Shown one piece after another: positions 1 to 8,827 of a stretch of DNA of 64,000 nt. Within the stretch, counting starts at the first letter, position 1. Each line of letters begins with the position of its first letter. Source of the DNA: Candidatus Poseidoniales archaeon (GTDB lineage: Archaea > Thermoplasmatota > Poseidoniia > Poseidoniales > Thalassarchaeaceae); the NCBI GenBank assembly GCA_028283505.1, contig JAPOFX010000001.1, forward strand, positions 8,197 to 72,196, written 5' to 3'. A program made the translations under genes and the position numbers. Below the pieces are notes generated by a model. It was not told the DNA's origin. It did no database searches and was given only the letters and a program-made list of their open reading frames with translations.

Positions 1-3000
1 AGCAATCGCCTAGCAATTGAGCGTTGACCCTCTGAACGTTACCAATTGTTGGAAGGTCATCTTGCCATGTCTCATTGTTCGTGTTCCACCGGACCACGGT
101 CCCTTCTCCATCGTTCCAAGACTGAGTTGGCCTCACCCCGATCCAAAGCTCATCTCCAACCACTCCCATTCCATACACCTTCGAGCTGGAGCCAATCCTA
201 GATCCAGCATCAAGTGTGGAAAGAGAAGTGTTGTTATTGAGGGCTATTCTGTAAATCTCATCATTTGAATTCCACCATTGATTCGATCTTTGCGTGGAGT
301 AATGTAGGACATCGCCCACTATGATCATCTCGGCAGGGCTCCTTGATGGTATAGTTGGGCCATTCGCGTTGGTCCCCCTTCCCCAGTTGATCAGGACCGT
401 ATCATTTTCAACGTCAATGAGTGTTAGCCCAAAGTCCCCTCCTGCCCACAAAGTTCCACTCTGCTTACCGGGTATCAGAGTGGTCACGTCATCATCATCG
501 ATGTACCCTTGAGTCCCATCCCATGTTGTAAGCCACTCTTCGTTTGCTAAGTCATATCTGGCAATACCTGTGTTTTCGAATCCCAAATAGAGTATTTCCC
601 CAATCTTGACCGTCTTAGCCCGTTGCGTGTCATCTCCAGCCGTCCAAACTTCCAGAACTTCCATGCCATCAACGCCGCCTAGGCCTGCAGTGCTGATGAC
701 AGCAGCCCCGCCTTCGGTGCCAGCATACAATATGGGATACCCTTGTGAGTCGTTTCCAATCAGCTTCACTGAGTTAATTTGCCGTGACGGCATGTCCCCT
801 CCATCTAGGCACTCAAGGAACTCAATCGTGCCCTGTCCAGTTGGGCCCCAGGCACATGCACCTCTGTTAGTTGCAGCGAAAATGTCTGTACCGTCACTGG
901 TAATGTCATTGAATTCCCATGGGTCATTATTCCATCCGGGGATGTTTGTATCTAACTGGTCCCAGGATGCACCATCCCATATGGCTATGCCTCCGTTGGA
1001 CTGAGCACCCGTGTTGGCTACCCTAGATCCGACAATCAGGTCCCCCCCGTAAATGTATAACGAGAGGACATCGTTGTCGGGGAGACCGCTGTTCCCAACT
1101 GTGAGTAAGTCAGTGATGTCTCCATTTATCCTATCCAAGATCATTATCCCAAAATCAGGGAGACCGAGATAAATCACATCTCCGTCTACGGCAATTGGGG
1201 CGGCCTCTAGGTTGTCAGCACCAAGTGATTGCCAAGAACCAAGAATTTGCAACTCTGCGAGATCCAATCTCATGAGTCCACTGTCTGGAGTAGCCAAGTA
1301 AGCTATACTGTATCTAGTTGCCACATCTAAAACCAAATCTGAGTCCAGTCCATCTCCAGTGTCATAAGTTAGGATCAGACTGTTTGTAGATGAGTTGACT
1401 AGCGAAACACCATTCTCTGGGTGACCTATCACAAGAGTCTGAGTATATTCGTCATATGACATTGAGATAATGCTCTCAGACCCCAGGCCACCGATCCCAC
1501 CCAAGTACGAACCAGTTTCTCCGTCAAATAGTAGAAGACCAGAATTGGAAGTTCCAACCCATACTTGCCCAAGCTCATCCTGCACCATAGAGGTGATTGT
1601 TTGCAATTGCTGTCCCGCAAAGTCAGAGACATCAATAGGGTTCATCCACCTCCTGCCAGAGTTGTTGAACCTGTCAATTTGAGAGTCTCCAGCGACCCAA
1701 ATCTGACCATCCTCACTGTCATCAATACTAACTGCAAGCCTCATCGGATCTGTGACAGGACTACTCACAAGGTACTCAACACCAATCAGCGTGTCTTGAT
1801 GTTGCATGGCAGAAACACCTGTTGAGTCAATAAGTACCGAAACACTGTCGACAGGGCTCCTTGCCCCTATTCCAGATGGCCATGATGAAATTGAAACCGC
1901 GCTATCCAACAATCCTAGGGAATCAACGGTTTCCTGTGACCTGAATATCCCGGCGACTATATCGTACGATTGCAAGACATTCCCTGCTAAGACGTGTAGC
2001 CAGCCGTCAGAGACTGATGTCCCTAGGATATTATTGGATGCGAGTGTGTTTGCTGTTGACCACCTGGAAAGCCACGTTGAAGTAGCCAAATCCCTACGAT
2101 TTATTCCTGCATTTTCTGTCGAGATGAGCAACTGGTTCCCCATCATCTGCAAATCCGTAATCCTGTTACTTGCTAGGAAGTTACTGGTATCCCAGTGGGT
2201 ACTGTCCACAATAGTAATCACCGATTGGTTACCGCTTAGATTGTAGTTGATTAGATGGACGCCGTTATTTTCTGTTGATATGATGACAGTGCCTGAGATA
2301 ACAATAATGTCTGTGGCAACACTAGATGGTGTTGAGCAGTATTGATACACATCCCATTGAGATGTGATCGACATATCGTTAGAATTTGGTGAAATGAACC
2401 TTACTTCACAACCATCAACGGCCCACAATGATCCATCTGAATCAGATGCAATAGCGGTAATGCTCTCTGATGCAATAGAAAAGGAAGGCCCATCTTCGGA
2501 ATCGTTTAGAGATTGAGTGTATATCGTCCCATTGGAGGTTCCGACGATCAGCATCCCCCTTGACTGATCGACATCTATGCTTCTGCCGTATATCAGCTCA
2601 TCAATATGAACGATCCCAGGGCATCTCCACTCACACGCCTCTGAGGCCTTACTATCCAGATGAATTAGGTCATCTCCGAGAAGTACATACATCCTTCCGT
2701 CGTAAGGATTGACCGCACTGCCGTGAACAACAATCTCCAGAGGCGCGAATGAAATCCTAGGATCTGACGGGGTAAGCGCTTCAATCACTAAGTCAGAGAT
2801 TGAAATTCCTGCTGGGAGAATCCATGATGCATCGCTGACTGAGTTGGGTTGTAGGGAAGTTGAAAGCTCACCATCCATCAGTTCAGGTGGTTTGTCGTTG
2901 AATTCGTATTGACAACCAAGCCAGTCATTCCCCCTCCAATCTAGAATCGGTGTTTGACTGTTCATCAGGGTAAGTTGAGGCTCATCTATGCAGAACCCAT

Positions 3001-3280
3001 CCGAGCCATCAACGGCAATTTCGAATGTCAAGTTAGAGATCTCTGCTCCAGGCGCGAATTCCAAGAACAGGTCAGAGTAAGCATAAGTCTGGCTCGATGG
3101 ATCAGAACCAGTGGCCTCCAGGTCTATCCATCCTGTATCGTTGTAACCTGAGGAGCCCCAGACTCTCGCTGAAACTTTGCTTGCCTCATCTTGATCTCGT
3201 AACTCGTAGTCGGAAAATGAGGTCCATGGCAGTAAAACCATCAACGAAACAAGAAGCAAAGCACTCCTCTTCGGGGACAT
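1..3280 (-). CDS. Large secreted beta-propeller-repeat surface protein (>1093 aa, runs off the window edge)
   Basis: Translated by hand from ATG at 3280: MSPKRSALLLVSLMVLLPW (signal peptide), then blade-like units such as ITSMVQDELGQVWVGTSNSGLLLFD, GLPDNDVLSL and FLASNRITDL. The frame is open to position 2, which explains its absence from the ORF track. Confidence 0.8.
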   Translation of the reverse strand, partial: MSPKRSALLLVSLMVLLPWTSFSDYELRDQDEASKVSARVWGSSGYNDTGWIDLEATGSDPSSQTYAYSDLFLEFAPGAEISNLTFEIAVDGSDGFCIDEPQLTLMNSQTPILDWRGNDWLGCQYEFNDKPPELMDGELSTSLQPNSVSDASWILPAGISISDLVIEALTPSDPRISFAPLEIVVHGSAVNPYDGRMYVLLGDDLIHLDSKASEACEWRCPGIVHIDELIYGRSIDVDQSRGMLIVGTSNGTIYTQSLNDSEDGPSFSIASESITAIASDSDGSLWAVDGCEVRFISPNSNDMSITSQWDVYQYCSTPSSVATDIIVISGTVIISTENNGVHLINYNLSGNQSVITIVDSTHWDTSNFLASNRITDLQMMGNQLLISTENAGINRRDLATSTWLSRWSTANTLASNNILGTSVSDGWLHVLAGNVLQSYDIVAGIFRSQETVDSLGLLDSAVSISSWPSGIGARSPVDSVSVLIDSTGVSAMQHQDTLIGVEYLVSSPVTDPMRLAVSIDDSEDGQIWVAGDSQIDRFNNSGRRWMNPIDVSDFAGQQLQTITSMVQDELGQVWVGTSNSGLLLFDGETGSYLGGIGGLGSESIISMSYDEYTQTLVIGHPENGVSLVNSSTNSLILTYDTGDGLDSDLVLDVATRYSIAYLATPDSGLMRLDLAELQILGSWQSLGADNLEAAPIAVDGDVIYLGLPDFGIMILDRINGDITDLLTVGNSGLPDNDVLSLYIYGGDLIVGSRVANTGAQSNGGIAIWDGASWDQLDTNIPGWNNDPWEFNDITSDGTDIFAATNRGACAWGPTGQGTIEFLECLDGGDMPSRQINSVKLIGNDSQGYPILYAGTEGGAAVISTAGLGGVDGMEVLEVWTAGDDTQRAKTVKIGEILYLGFENTGIARYDLANEEWLTTWDGTQGYIDDDDVTTLIPGKQSGTLWAGGDFGLTLIDVENDTVLINWGRGTNANGPTIPSRSPAEMIIVGDVLHYSTQRSNQWWNSNDEIYRIALNNNTSLSTLDAGSRIGSSSKVYGMGVVGDELWIGVRPTQSWNDGEGTVVRWNTNNETWQDDLPTIGNVQRVNAQLLGDC

Positions 3281-3507
3281 CCCAGGGGCCGAACCTAGTG
3301 TATGCACAGTAGCTCGGCTTTCTATCACTATATTGAATGGTGTGGGTCCTTGAGCCATACATGCTTACATCCACCGTAGGTGGAAATCAAATAATCATAA
3401 CCAACAAACTACCCCGATAATCGCTCACTAATCGGCTGATAATAAATTTACACGCCATAGGATAGCATCAAAGAGGGGAGGGCAGGACGGGTCTACGGGT
3501 TGTCAGC

Positions 3508-5790
3508 ATGACAGATGAGAGGCTCCGCGAGGAAGCACTGGACTATCACGCTTCAAAACCAGCTGGAAAATTAACCGTAACTCCGACAAAACCACATGGC
3601 ACGTCGCATGAATTGTCTCTAGCCTATTCGCCTGGAGTAGCCTTTCCATGTAAGGAAATTGAAAGAGATCCCAACAGTGCTTACAAGTACACCTCCAAAG
3701 GAAACCTAGTTGCTGTAGTGAGCAATGGAACTGCGGTTCTTGGACTAGGAGACATCGGTCCCCTTGCAGGGAAGCCAGTCATGGAAGGAAAGGGTCTTTT
3801 GTTCAAGGCATTTGCAGATATTGATGTCTTCGACATAGAGGTAAACAAAATTGATGTGGATGGGTTTGTAGAAACAGTAAAGGCGATATCACCAACGTTC
3901 GGAGGAATTAACCTAGAGGATATCAAGGCACCAGAGTGCTTTGAAATCGAAAAGAGACTCGTTGAGGAACTGGATATTCCCGTAATGCACGATGACCAAC
4001 ATGGAACAGCGATTATTTCAGGCGCGGCACTGATTAACGGACTGGAATTAGTAAATAAGGAAATCTCGAAGGTCAAAGTAGTGATTTCAGGAGCAGGTGC
4101 ATCAGCGATATCCTGCGCTCGCCACTACGTCCGTTTGGGAGTGAAGAAAGATAACATAATCATGGTGGACTCCACGGGAATCCTCACAGATTCCAGAATG
4201 AAAAGTGGTGATTTGAACGAGTACAAGGAGGAATTTGCAAGGAATCTTCCTGATGGTGACTTGTCTGATGCTATGCTAGGAAGCGATGTCTTCCTTGGGC
4301 TGTCAAAGGGGGGGCTGGTTTCGCCAGAGATGGTAAAGAAGATGGCAGAGAGGCCTCTAATATTCGCACTAGCTAATCCTGATCCGGAAATCCTACCTGA
4401 AGATGTGATGTCCATAAGGGACGATGCCATAATTGCAACTGGGAGATCTGATTACCCGAACCAGATAAACAATGTTCTGGGCTTCCCTTACATTTTCAGG
4501 GGGGCACTGGATGTTCGAGCCACTCGCATAACCGAGGGAATGAAAATGGCCGCGACAAAGGCAATCGCGGAGTTAGCGAGAGAACCAGTCCCCGACGATG
4601 TTCTCTCGGCCTACAATGGAGAGCAATTGCAGTTCGGTCCCGAATACATCATCCCAAAGCCGTTTGATGCGAGAGTACTGATCTGGGAGGCTAGCGCCGT
4701 TGCGGCGGCCGCGGTGGAGGAAGGAGTTGCAGGTGTCAAGAAGGGAGATTTTGACTTCGAGGTGTATAGAGAAGAGCTCGAGGCAAGATTAGGACTGACC
4801 CGTTCAATCATGAGGAGAGTCATAAATCGAGCGAAGAAGGACAAGAAAAGGATAGTCTTCTGCGAAGGAGAAGATCCGACAGTTATCAAAGCCGCGTCCC
4901 AATGCATTTCTGAGGGAATCTGTGAGCCTATCCTTTTGGGTAATATTGACAGAATAGAGGCAGTGAAGGAAGAGCTTGGACTAAATTTTACATGTGAAGA
5001 AATCGATGTCAGATACGATCCCAGGAGAAGGGGCTCATATGCAGAGGAGCTGCATAACATTCGTGGCAGAAAAGGAATTACACTGGAAGATGCCATAAGA
5101 CTGATGAAGAACTCTACTTATTTTGCCCCAATGATGGTCCACATGGGAGATGCAGATGGGTACCTTGGGGGAGTCTCCCACCATTACCCAGACATAGTGA
5201 AGCCATGTTTGCAGATTATAGGACCTGAGAAGGATTCACACAGGATTGTAGGTATGTACATGATGACTGTCAATGGTGAGCTGATGTTTATTGGGGATGC
5301 AACCATCAACATCTATCCAGATTCCAGAACCCTGGCAGAGATAGCAGTACAAACAGCCAAGGTAGCGAGAAGGTTTGGGGTGAAGCCTAAAGTTGCGATG
5401 TTGTCTTTTTCCAATTTTGGTACGTCTTCTGAGATGAGGACAGATAGGGTAGAAGAAGCTATTTCAATAGCCCGAGAATTAGATCCAGAACTGGTCATAG
5501 ATGGGCCTATGCAAGCAGATACTGCACTTGTCAGTGAGATTCAAAAAGAATACCCATTCATGTCATTCGAAGGTCCTGCTAATGTTTTAATTTGTCCAAA
5601 TCTGGCATCGGCAAATATAGCCTACAAACTACTGCAAAGGATCGCAGGCGCTGAGATGACAGGGCCTATCCTCGAGGGCCTCTCTAAACCAGCTCATGTA
5701 TTACAACGAGGAGACAGTGTTAGAGATGTCGTCCATATGGCAGCTATCTGCGCCGTGGACGCTCAGAGGCATGATTGGCAGAAGCTATGA
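3508..5790 (+). CDS. maeB: NADP-dependent malic enzyme with C-terminal phosphotransacetylase-like domain
   Basis: [47 protein letters not shown] and [12 protein letters not shown]; PTA-like C-terminal domain ([19 protein letters not shown]); 760 aa. Confidence 0.95.
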   Translation: MTDERLREEALDYHASKPAGKLTVTPTKPHGTSHELSLAYSPGVAFPCKEIERDPNSAYKYTSKGNLVAVVSNGTAVLGLGDIGPLAGKPVMEGKGLLFKAFADIDVFDIEVNKIDVDGFVETVKAISPTFGGINLEDIKAPECFEIEKRLVEELDIPVMHDDQHGTAIISGAALINGLELVNKEISKVKVVISGAGASAISCARHYVRLGVKKDNIIMVDSTGILTDSRMKSGDLNEYKEEFARNLPDGDLSDAMLGSDVFLGLSKGGLVSPEMVKKMAERPLIFALANPDPEILPEDVMSIRDDAIIATGRSDYPNQINNVLGFPYIFRGALDVRATRITEGMKMAATKAIAELAREPVPDDVLSAYNGEQLQFGPEYIIPKPFDARVLIWEASAVAAAAVEEGVAGVKKGDFDFEVYREELEARLGLTRSIMRRVINRAKKDKKRIVFCEGEDPTVIKAASQCISEGICEPILLGNIDRIEAVKEELGLNFTCEEIDVRYDPRRRGSYAEELHNIRGRKGITLEDAIRLMKNSTYFAPMMVHMGDADGYLGGVSHHYPDIVKPCLQIIGPEKDSHRIVGMYMMTVNGELMFIGDATINIYPDSRTLAEIAVQTAKVARRFGVKPKVAMLSFSNFGTSSEMRTDRVEEAISIARELDPELVIDGPMQADTALVSEIQKEYPFMSFEGPANVLICPNLASANIAYKLLQRIAGAEMTGPILEGLSKPAHVLQRGDSVRDVVHMAAICAVDAQRHDWQKL

Positions 5791-5954
5791 AAATAGCTTG
5801 TTAGTAATTAACTAAAATATCCAAACTATCACTGTTAAATTCACAGCTATTGAGATAATACAAACAAGCCCCATTGAGGGACAGTGCCGTGGTACTGACT
5901 TATTCCAAACCGATATATTCTCAATAAGCCTTGGTAGAGTATAGACAGGGAATA

Positions 5955-6146
5955 TTACTTGATGCCACCCTTGACATATCTCTGAGTCCACTTCATCTTT
6001 CTTGGATTTCTCTTTAGCTTCAGGGCGTTCTTCCTAGCCTTGCTATCTCTGAACCACATTACTGATCCATCTCTCTTCACATACATCATTCCCGTTCCAG
6101 GCTCAATTTCCTCACTGGTGAAGCTACACACTCTAGTCTCTGGCAT
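5955..6146 (-). CDS. rpl24e: 50S ribosomal protein L24e
   Basis: CSF..IEPGTGMMYVKRDG..RNPRKMKWT; follows S28e; GGTGA Shine-Dalgarno (SD) upstream. Confidence 0.95.
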   Translation of the reverse strand: MPETRVCSFTSEEIEPGTGMMYVKRDGSVMWFRDSKARKNALKLKRNPRKMKWTQRYVKGGIK

Positions 6147-6155
6147 TATTTCACC

Positions 6156-6374
6156 TCACCGATTACCTAGGCGACGCGCCTCTCTTCCAGTATCTCTCAG
6201 CATTAGGATATCCCCTACCCTTACAGGTCCTAGTACATTCCTGGAAATAATTCTCCCTATGTCCCTAGGGTTGTTCGAATCGTCAACTCTGACTTTCACT
6301 TGGATAGCCTCTCCGCTCATGCCCGTCCTTCCAACAATCTCAACGACCTCTGCGGGCCATGATTCTTGAGCCAA
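6156..6374 (-). CDS. rps28e: 30S ribosomal protein S28e
   Basis: [43 protein letters not shown]. Start placed at TTG 6374 ([10 protein letters not shown]), downstream of a GGAGG SD; the track start is 6389. Confidence 0.93.
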   Translation of the reverse strand: MAQESWPAEVVEIVGRTGMSGEAIQVKVRVDDSNNPRDIGRIISRNVLGPVRVGDILMLRDTGREARRLGNR

Positions 6375-6390
6375 ACTTCCAGCCTCCAAT

Positions 6391-6765
6391 TTACTTTGAC
6401 AAGGTTTCGTAGTGTCCCTTAACCTCGTTGAATAGATCTTGCGCTTCTTTCCCTACTTCCATGATGGCTACTGCGGCAGTTCTTGTTCCTGCAGTCATGC
6501 CGGCAGAGTCAGCCAAGTATCCTTGGTCTTCCACATAGATGAACGGAATTGACTTCTCGTTACAAATCATTGGAACGTGGGCCAGAAGCTCTCCGGGATT
6601 GACATTTTCAGCCATAACAATCATTGTAGCACTTCCTCTTTCGGCAGCCTTGGTTACCTCATTGGCGCCTTTCTTTATTTTTCCGTCCTTTCCAATAGCT
6701 TTCACAAGCTCGTAAACTTGGTCTTGTATGTCTTTCGGGGTCTCAAACGCTATATGAACACTCAT
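6391..6765 (-). CDS. rpl7ae: 50S ribosomal protein L7Ae
   Basis: [34 protein letters not shown]; first gene of the L7Ae-S28e-L24e cluster. Confidence 0.95.
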   Translation of the reverse strand: MSVHIAFETPKDIQDQVYELVKAIGKDGKIKKGANEVTKAAERGSATMIVMAENVNPGELLAHVPMICNEKSIPFIYVEDQGYLADSAGMTAGTRTAAVAIMEVGKEAQDLFNEVKGHYETLSK

Positions 6766-6785
6766 TGGATGCCTCTCCTCGTGCT
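6757..6785 (-). promoter_or_regulatory. Kink-turn in the rpl7ae 5' leader covering the SD and AUG (putative L7Ae autoregulatory element)
   Basis: Minus strand reads AGCAC-GA-GGA-gaggca-UCC-AAU-GA-GUGUU: C-stem GGA/UCC, 3-nt bulge AAU, tandem G.A/A.G pairs and NC stem GUGUU/AGCAC. The AUG is formed by the bulge AU plus the G at position 1b. Confidence 0.75.
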
Positions 6786-6811
6786 GGGTAAGCCTTCGCA
6801 GGACATAGTCG

Positions 6812-6818
6812 ATATAAA
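6812..6818 (-). promoter_or_regulatory. TATA box of the rpl7ae-rps28e-rpl24e operon
   Basis: TTTATAT on the minus strand, about 27-33 bp upstream of the k-turn leader. Confidence 0.55.
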
Positions 6819-6854
6819 CGCAACGTATTGTCTGGACAGAGTTAGAGTTTTCAA

Positions 6855-7784
6855 TCAGCCAATCATTTCCTTGATTCCTCTGGCTAGGGCTGGTGCAGAA
6901 CTAACGACAGATCTCGGATTCCTGAGAGAGTCAGTTGTGTACACCCCGTCAACGTGATTTGCTAGCCTGGAGAGGGCTCCTCCGGTGAATAAACCATGAG
7001 TACACGCAGCAAATACTGCTTTTGCGCCCTGTCTTCTGAGGGCGTCACTCGCCCTGCAAATAGTTCCACCAGTACTGATCATATCATCAACAATTGCCAC
7101 AACTTTGCCGTTTACATCAAGGTCCTTAGCCTGATGTTCTATAGTGTGCGCATCAATCCTAGTTTTCTCGAGATAACTGAATTCCCATCCCCCTATCTTA
7201 GCCACCTCACTTGCCCTGTCAATGGCCCCTTTGTCTGGACTAAGTATGAAATCCGGTCCGACCTCTTTTTGTAGAACATCTGCAATTTCTGGCATGGAAC
7301 TAACGAAGCCTATCTCAAGGTCTGAGCCATCCAGAACTTTCGGCTCATGTAGGTCCAAGATCACCATGCCATCACAGCTTCTTCCAAGAATTTCGGAGAT
7401 TACTCTGGCCGACACCGTCTCCCCGGGGGAGAATCTCTTATCCTGTCTCGCATATCCATAGTATGGTACAGCTAGAAAGATACCTGGCCCAACATTATCC
7501 ATCACTTGTTCGCCCTCATTTTTGAGGTTCTCAAGATCCCCCTTTCGAATATCATTAATCGCTTCAAGCATTAGAATAGTCCTCATAATCCCCGAATCCG
7601 GAAATGTATTTGAAACTAGGATTACAGGCTCCGATCTGATCACTCCAAAACTCTCACTTGGGACTCTTACATATCCCTCTCCATCAGGAAACTTCCTACT
7701 CTCAATAAGGACAAACTCCATCTCTAGGATTTCGGCTAGAGCGATGGCCAATTCACGACCCGATGAGCCGCTTAAGACTGGCAT
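6855..7784 (-). CDS. prs: Ribose-phosphate pyrophosphokinase
   Basis: KFPDGEGYVRV, VPYYGYARQDKRF, LDLH, SPDKGA, IVDDMISTGGT and ACTHGLF. Likely start ATG 7784 (track 7808). Confidence 0.93.
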   Translation of the reverse strand: MPVLSGSSGRELAIALAEILEMEFVLIESRKFPDGEGYVRVPSESFGVIRSEPVILVSNTFPDSGIMRTILMLEAINDIRKGDLENLKNEGEQVMDNVGPGIFLAVPYYGYARQDKRFSPGETVSARVISEILGRSCDGMVILDLHEPKVLDGSDLEIGFVSSMPEIADVLQKEVGPDFILSPDKGAIDRASEVAKIGGWEFSYLEKTRIDAHTIEHQAKDLDVNGKVVAIVDDMISTGGTICRASDALRRQGAKAVFAACTHGLFTGGALSRLANHVDGVYTTDSLRNPRSVVSSAPALARGIKEMIG

Positions 7785-7842
7785 GTGACGGGAATGGGAA
7801 CTGACCATCCTTCATGACGCTACCGCTTGTTTTGCCACAAGT

Positions 7843-7920
7843 TGGTGGGCATGACAGGATTTGAACCTGTGGCCTCCCGGTTATCAGCCGGGTGCTCCAG
7901 CCAAACTAAGCTACACGCCC
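7843..7920 (-). tRNA. tRNA-Ile (GAT), CCA encoded, no intron
   Basis: Reverse complement is GGGCGTGTAGCTTAGTTTGGCTGGAGCACCCGGCTGATAACCGGGAGGCCACAGGTTCAAATCCTGTCATGCCCACCA: acceptor stem GGGCGTG/CATGCCC, anticodon arm CCCGG-CTGATAA-CCGGG, T-arm GGTTCAAATCC. Confidence 0.96.
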
Positions 7921-7957
7921 TTGAACAATCGTCCGACATGGGAATCTGATTTGAAAC

Positions 7958-8584
7958 CTACTCAACAGGATCGAACTCTTCAGCATCTTCTCCATTGAGC
8001 TTTAGGTAGCTTGGCAAAGTGGTTAGACGCTTCACTGTACACCTAAGTATTACCTCATCCAGTCTAGACGTGGTTCGGGCCAACTGTCCCACTGGAATTA
8101 TGAGGGTATCAGGAAGTCCGTGCTTCTTCTTGACCATGAAATGGGGGTTCACCACGACCCCTCTGTAAGTCCTCTTGATCTTGACCATCCCAACCACATT
8201 ACCAATATCGATTCCATCGTTGTCAAGAACTGCTCTATCCAATAGCTCATCCGGTGCAAACAACTCCTCCGAAATCCTGACAGTATTCCTCCACCTCCTT
8301 TGTAGCTCTCTCATTGATTTAGAGAGTTTTATCGCTCCATCAGGTCTGATACTGTGAACGAGCTCCTTCGAAAGAGGCGCACTCTCAGCCGGCTTTCTCA
8401 TGAACTCCTCCGCGACTCCAGGGACCACTTGCAACCTGAGCGATTGAACACACTCGTCCCTCGGATGGAATCTCTCCCCCGTAATTACGCCTACGAACTT
8501 GTCGCCTACGTACACGTCTCTCTGTAGCAATTCCTGGATTCTGTAATCATCATTCATCTTCTCACCATCGGACTTGAGCTGCAT
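7958..8584 (-). CDS. Protein with two PRC-barrel-like domains
   Basis: Two units, ELLQRDVYVGDKFVGVITG and ELLDRAVLDNDGIDIGNVVG..IIPVGQL..DEVIL, matching the PRC-barrel pattern. Confidence 0.55.
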   Translation of the reverse strand: MQLKSDGEKMNDDYRIQELLQRDVYVGDKFVGVITGERFHPRDECVQSLRLQVVPGVAEEFMRKPAESAPLSKELVHSIRPDGAIKLSKSMRELQRRWRNTVRISEELFAPDELLDRAVLDNDGIDIGNVVGMVKIKRTYRGVVVNPHFMVKKKHGLPDTLIIPVGQLARTTSRLDEVILRCTVKRLTTLPSYLKLNGEDAEEFDPVE

Positions 8585-8649
8585 CCCCCACGCTTCCTCT
8601 CCGTTTCCTCAGAGAGTAGATTAGCACTTATACTATACTGTTATTAAGA

Positions 8650-8735
8650 CTGATAATCTAATTGAAAAATTATACTATATACAAAAATTTCAATTGAAAA
8701 TTCAAAGTATGTTTAATTTTTACATACATTATCAG
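8650..8735. repeat. AT-rich degenerate palindrome of about 86 bp between divergent genes
   Basis: Outer arms CTGATAAT (8650-8657) and ATTATCAG (8728-8735), central TTTCAATTGAAA (8688-8699). The arms match at 32 of 44 aligned positions by hand; 8641-8750 is about 16% GC. Confidence 0.5.
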
Positions 8736-8827
8736 AAATTCAGTTTAATTCCTCTGCCGAGACAATTGTGCCCTTCTGAGAACAGTTACCAAGAACCTTG
8801 ATGAGCAACCCGCAACTCGGACATCCG

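Noticed and set aside
17-3374. Many short ORFs in the track over this region
   Set aside because: They are antisense or off-frame shadows of the long minus-strand ORF ending at 3280 and carry no recognisable motifs.
5791-5954. Structured ncRNA or terminator between the convergent maeB and rpl24e genes
   Set aside because: Only short 7-8 bp inverted matches (GCTTGTT/AACAAGC, TATTGAGA/TCTCAATA) in AT-rich DNA, with no recognisable RNA family.
7843-7920. tRNA as an integration site for a mobile element
   Set aside because: No integrase, no duplicated tRNA 3' end seen, and the flanks are housekeeping genes.
8628-8750. Replication origin
   Set aside because: AT-rich, but no ORB-like boxes with G-strings and no cdc6/orc1 gene nearby; kept only as a palindrome finding.
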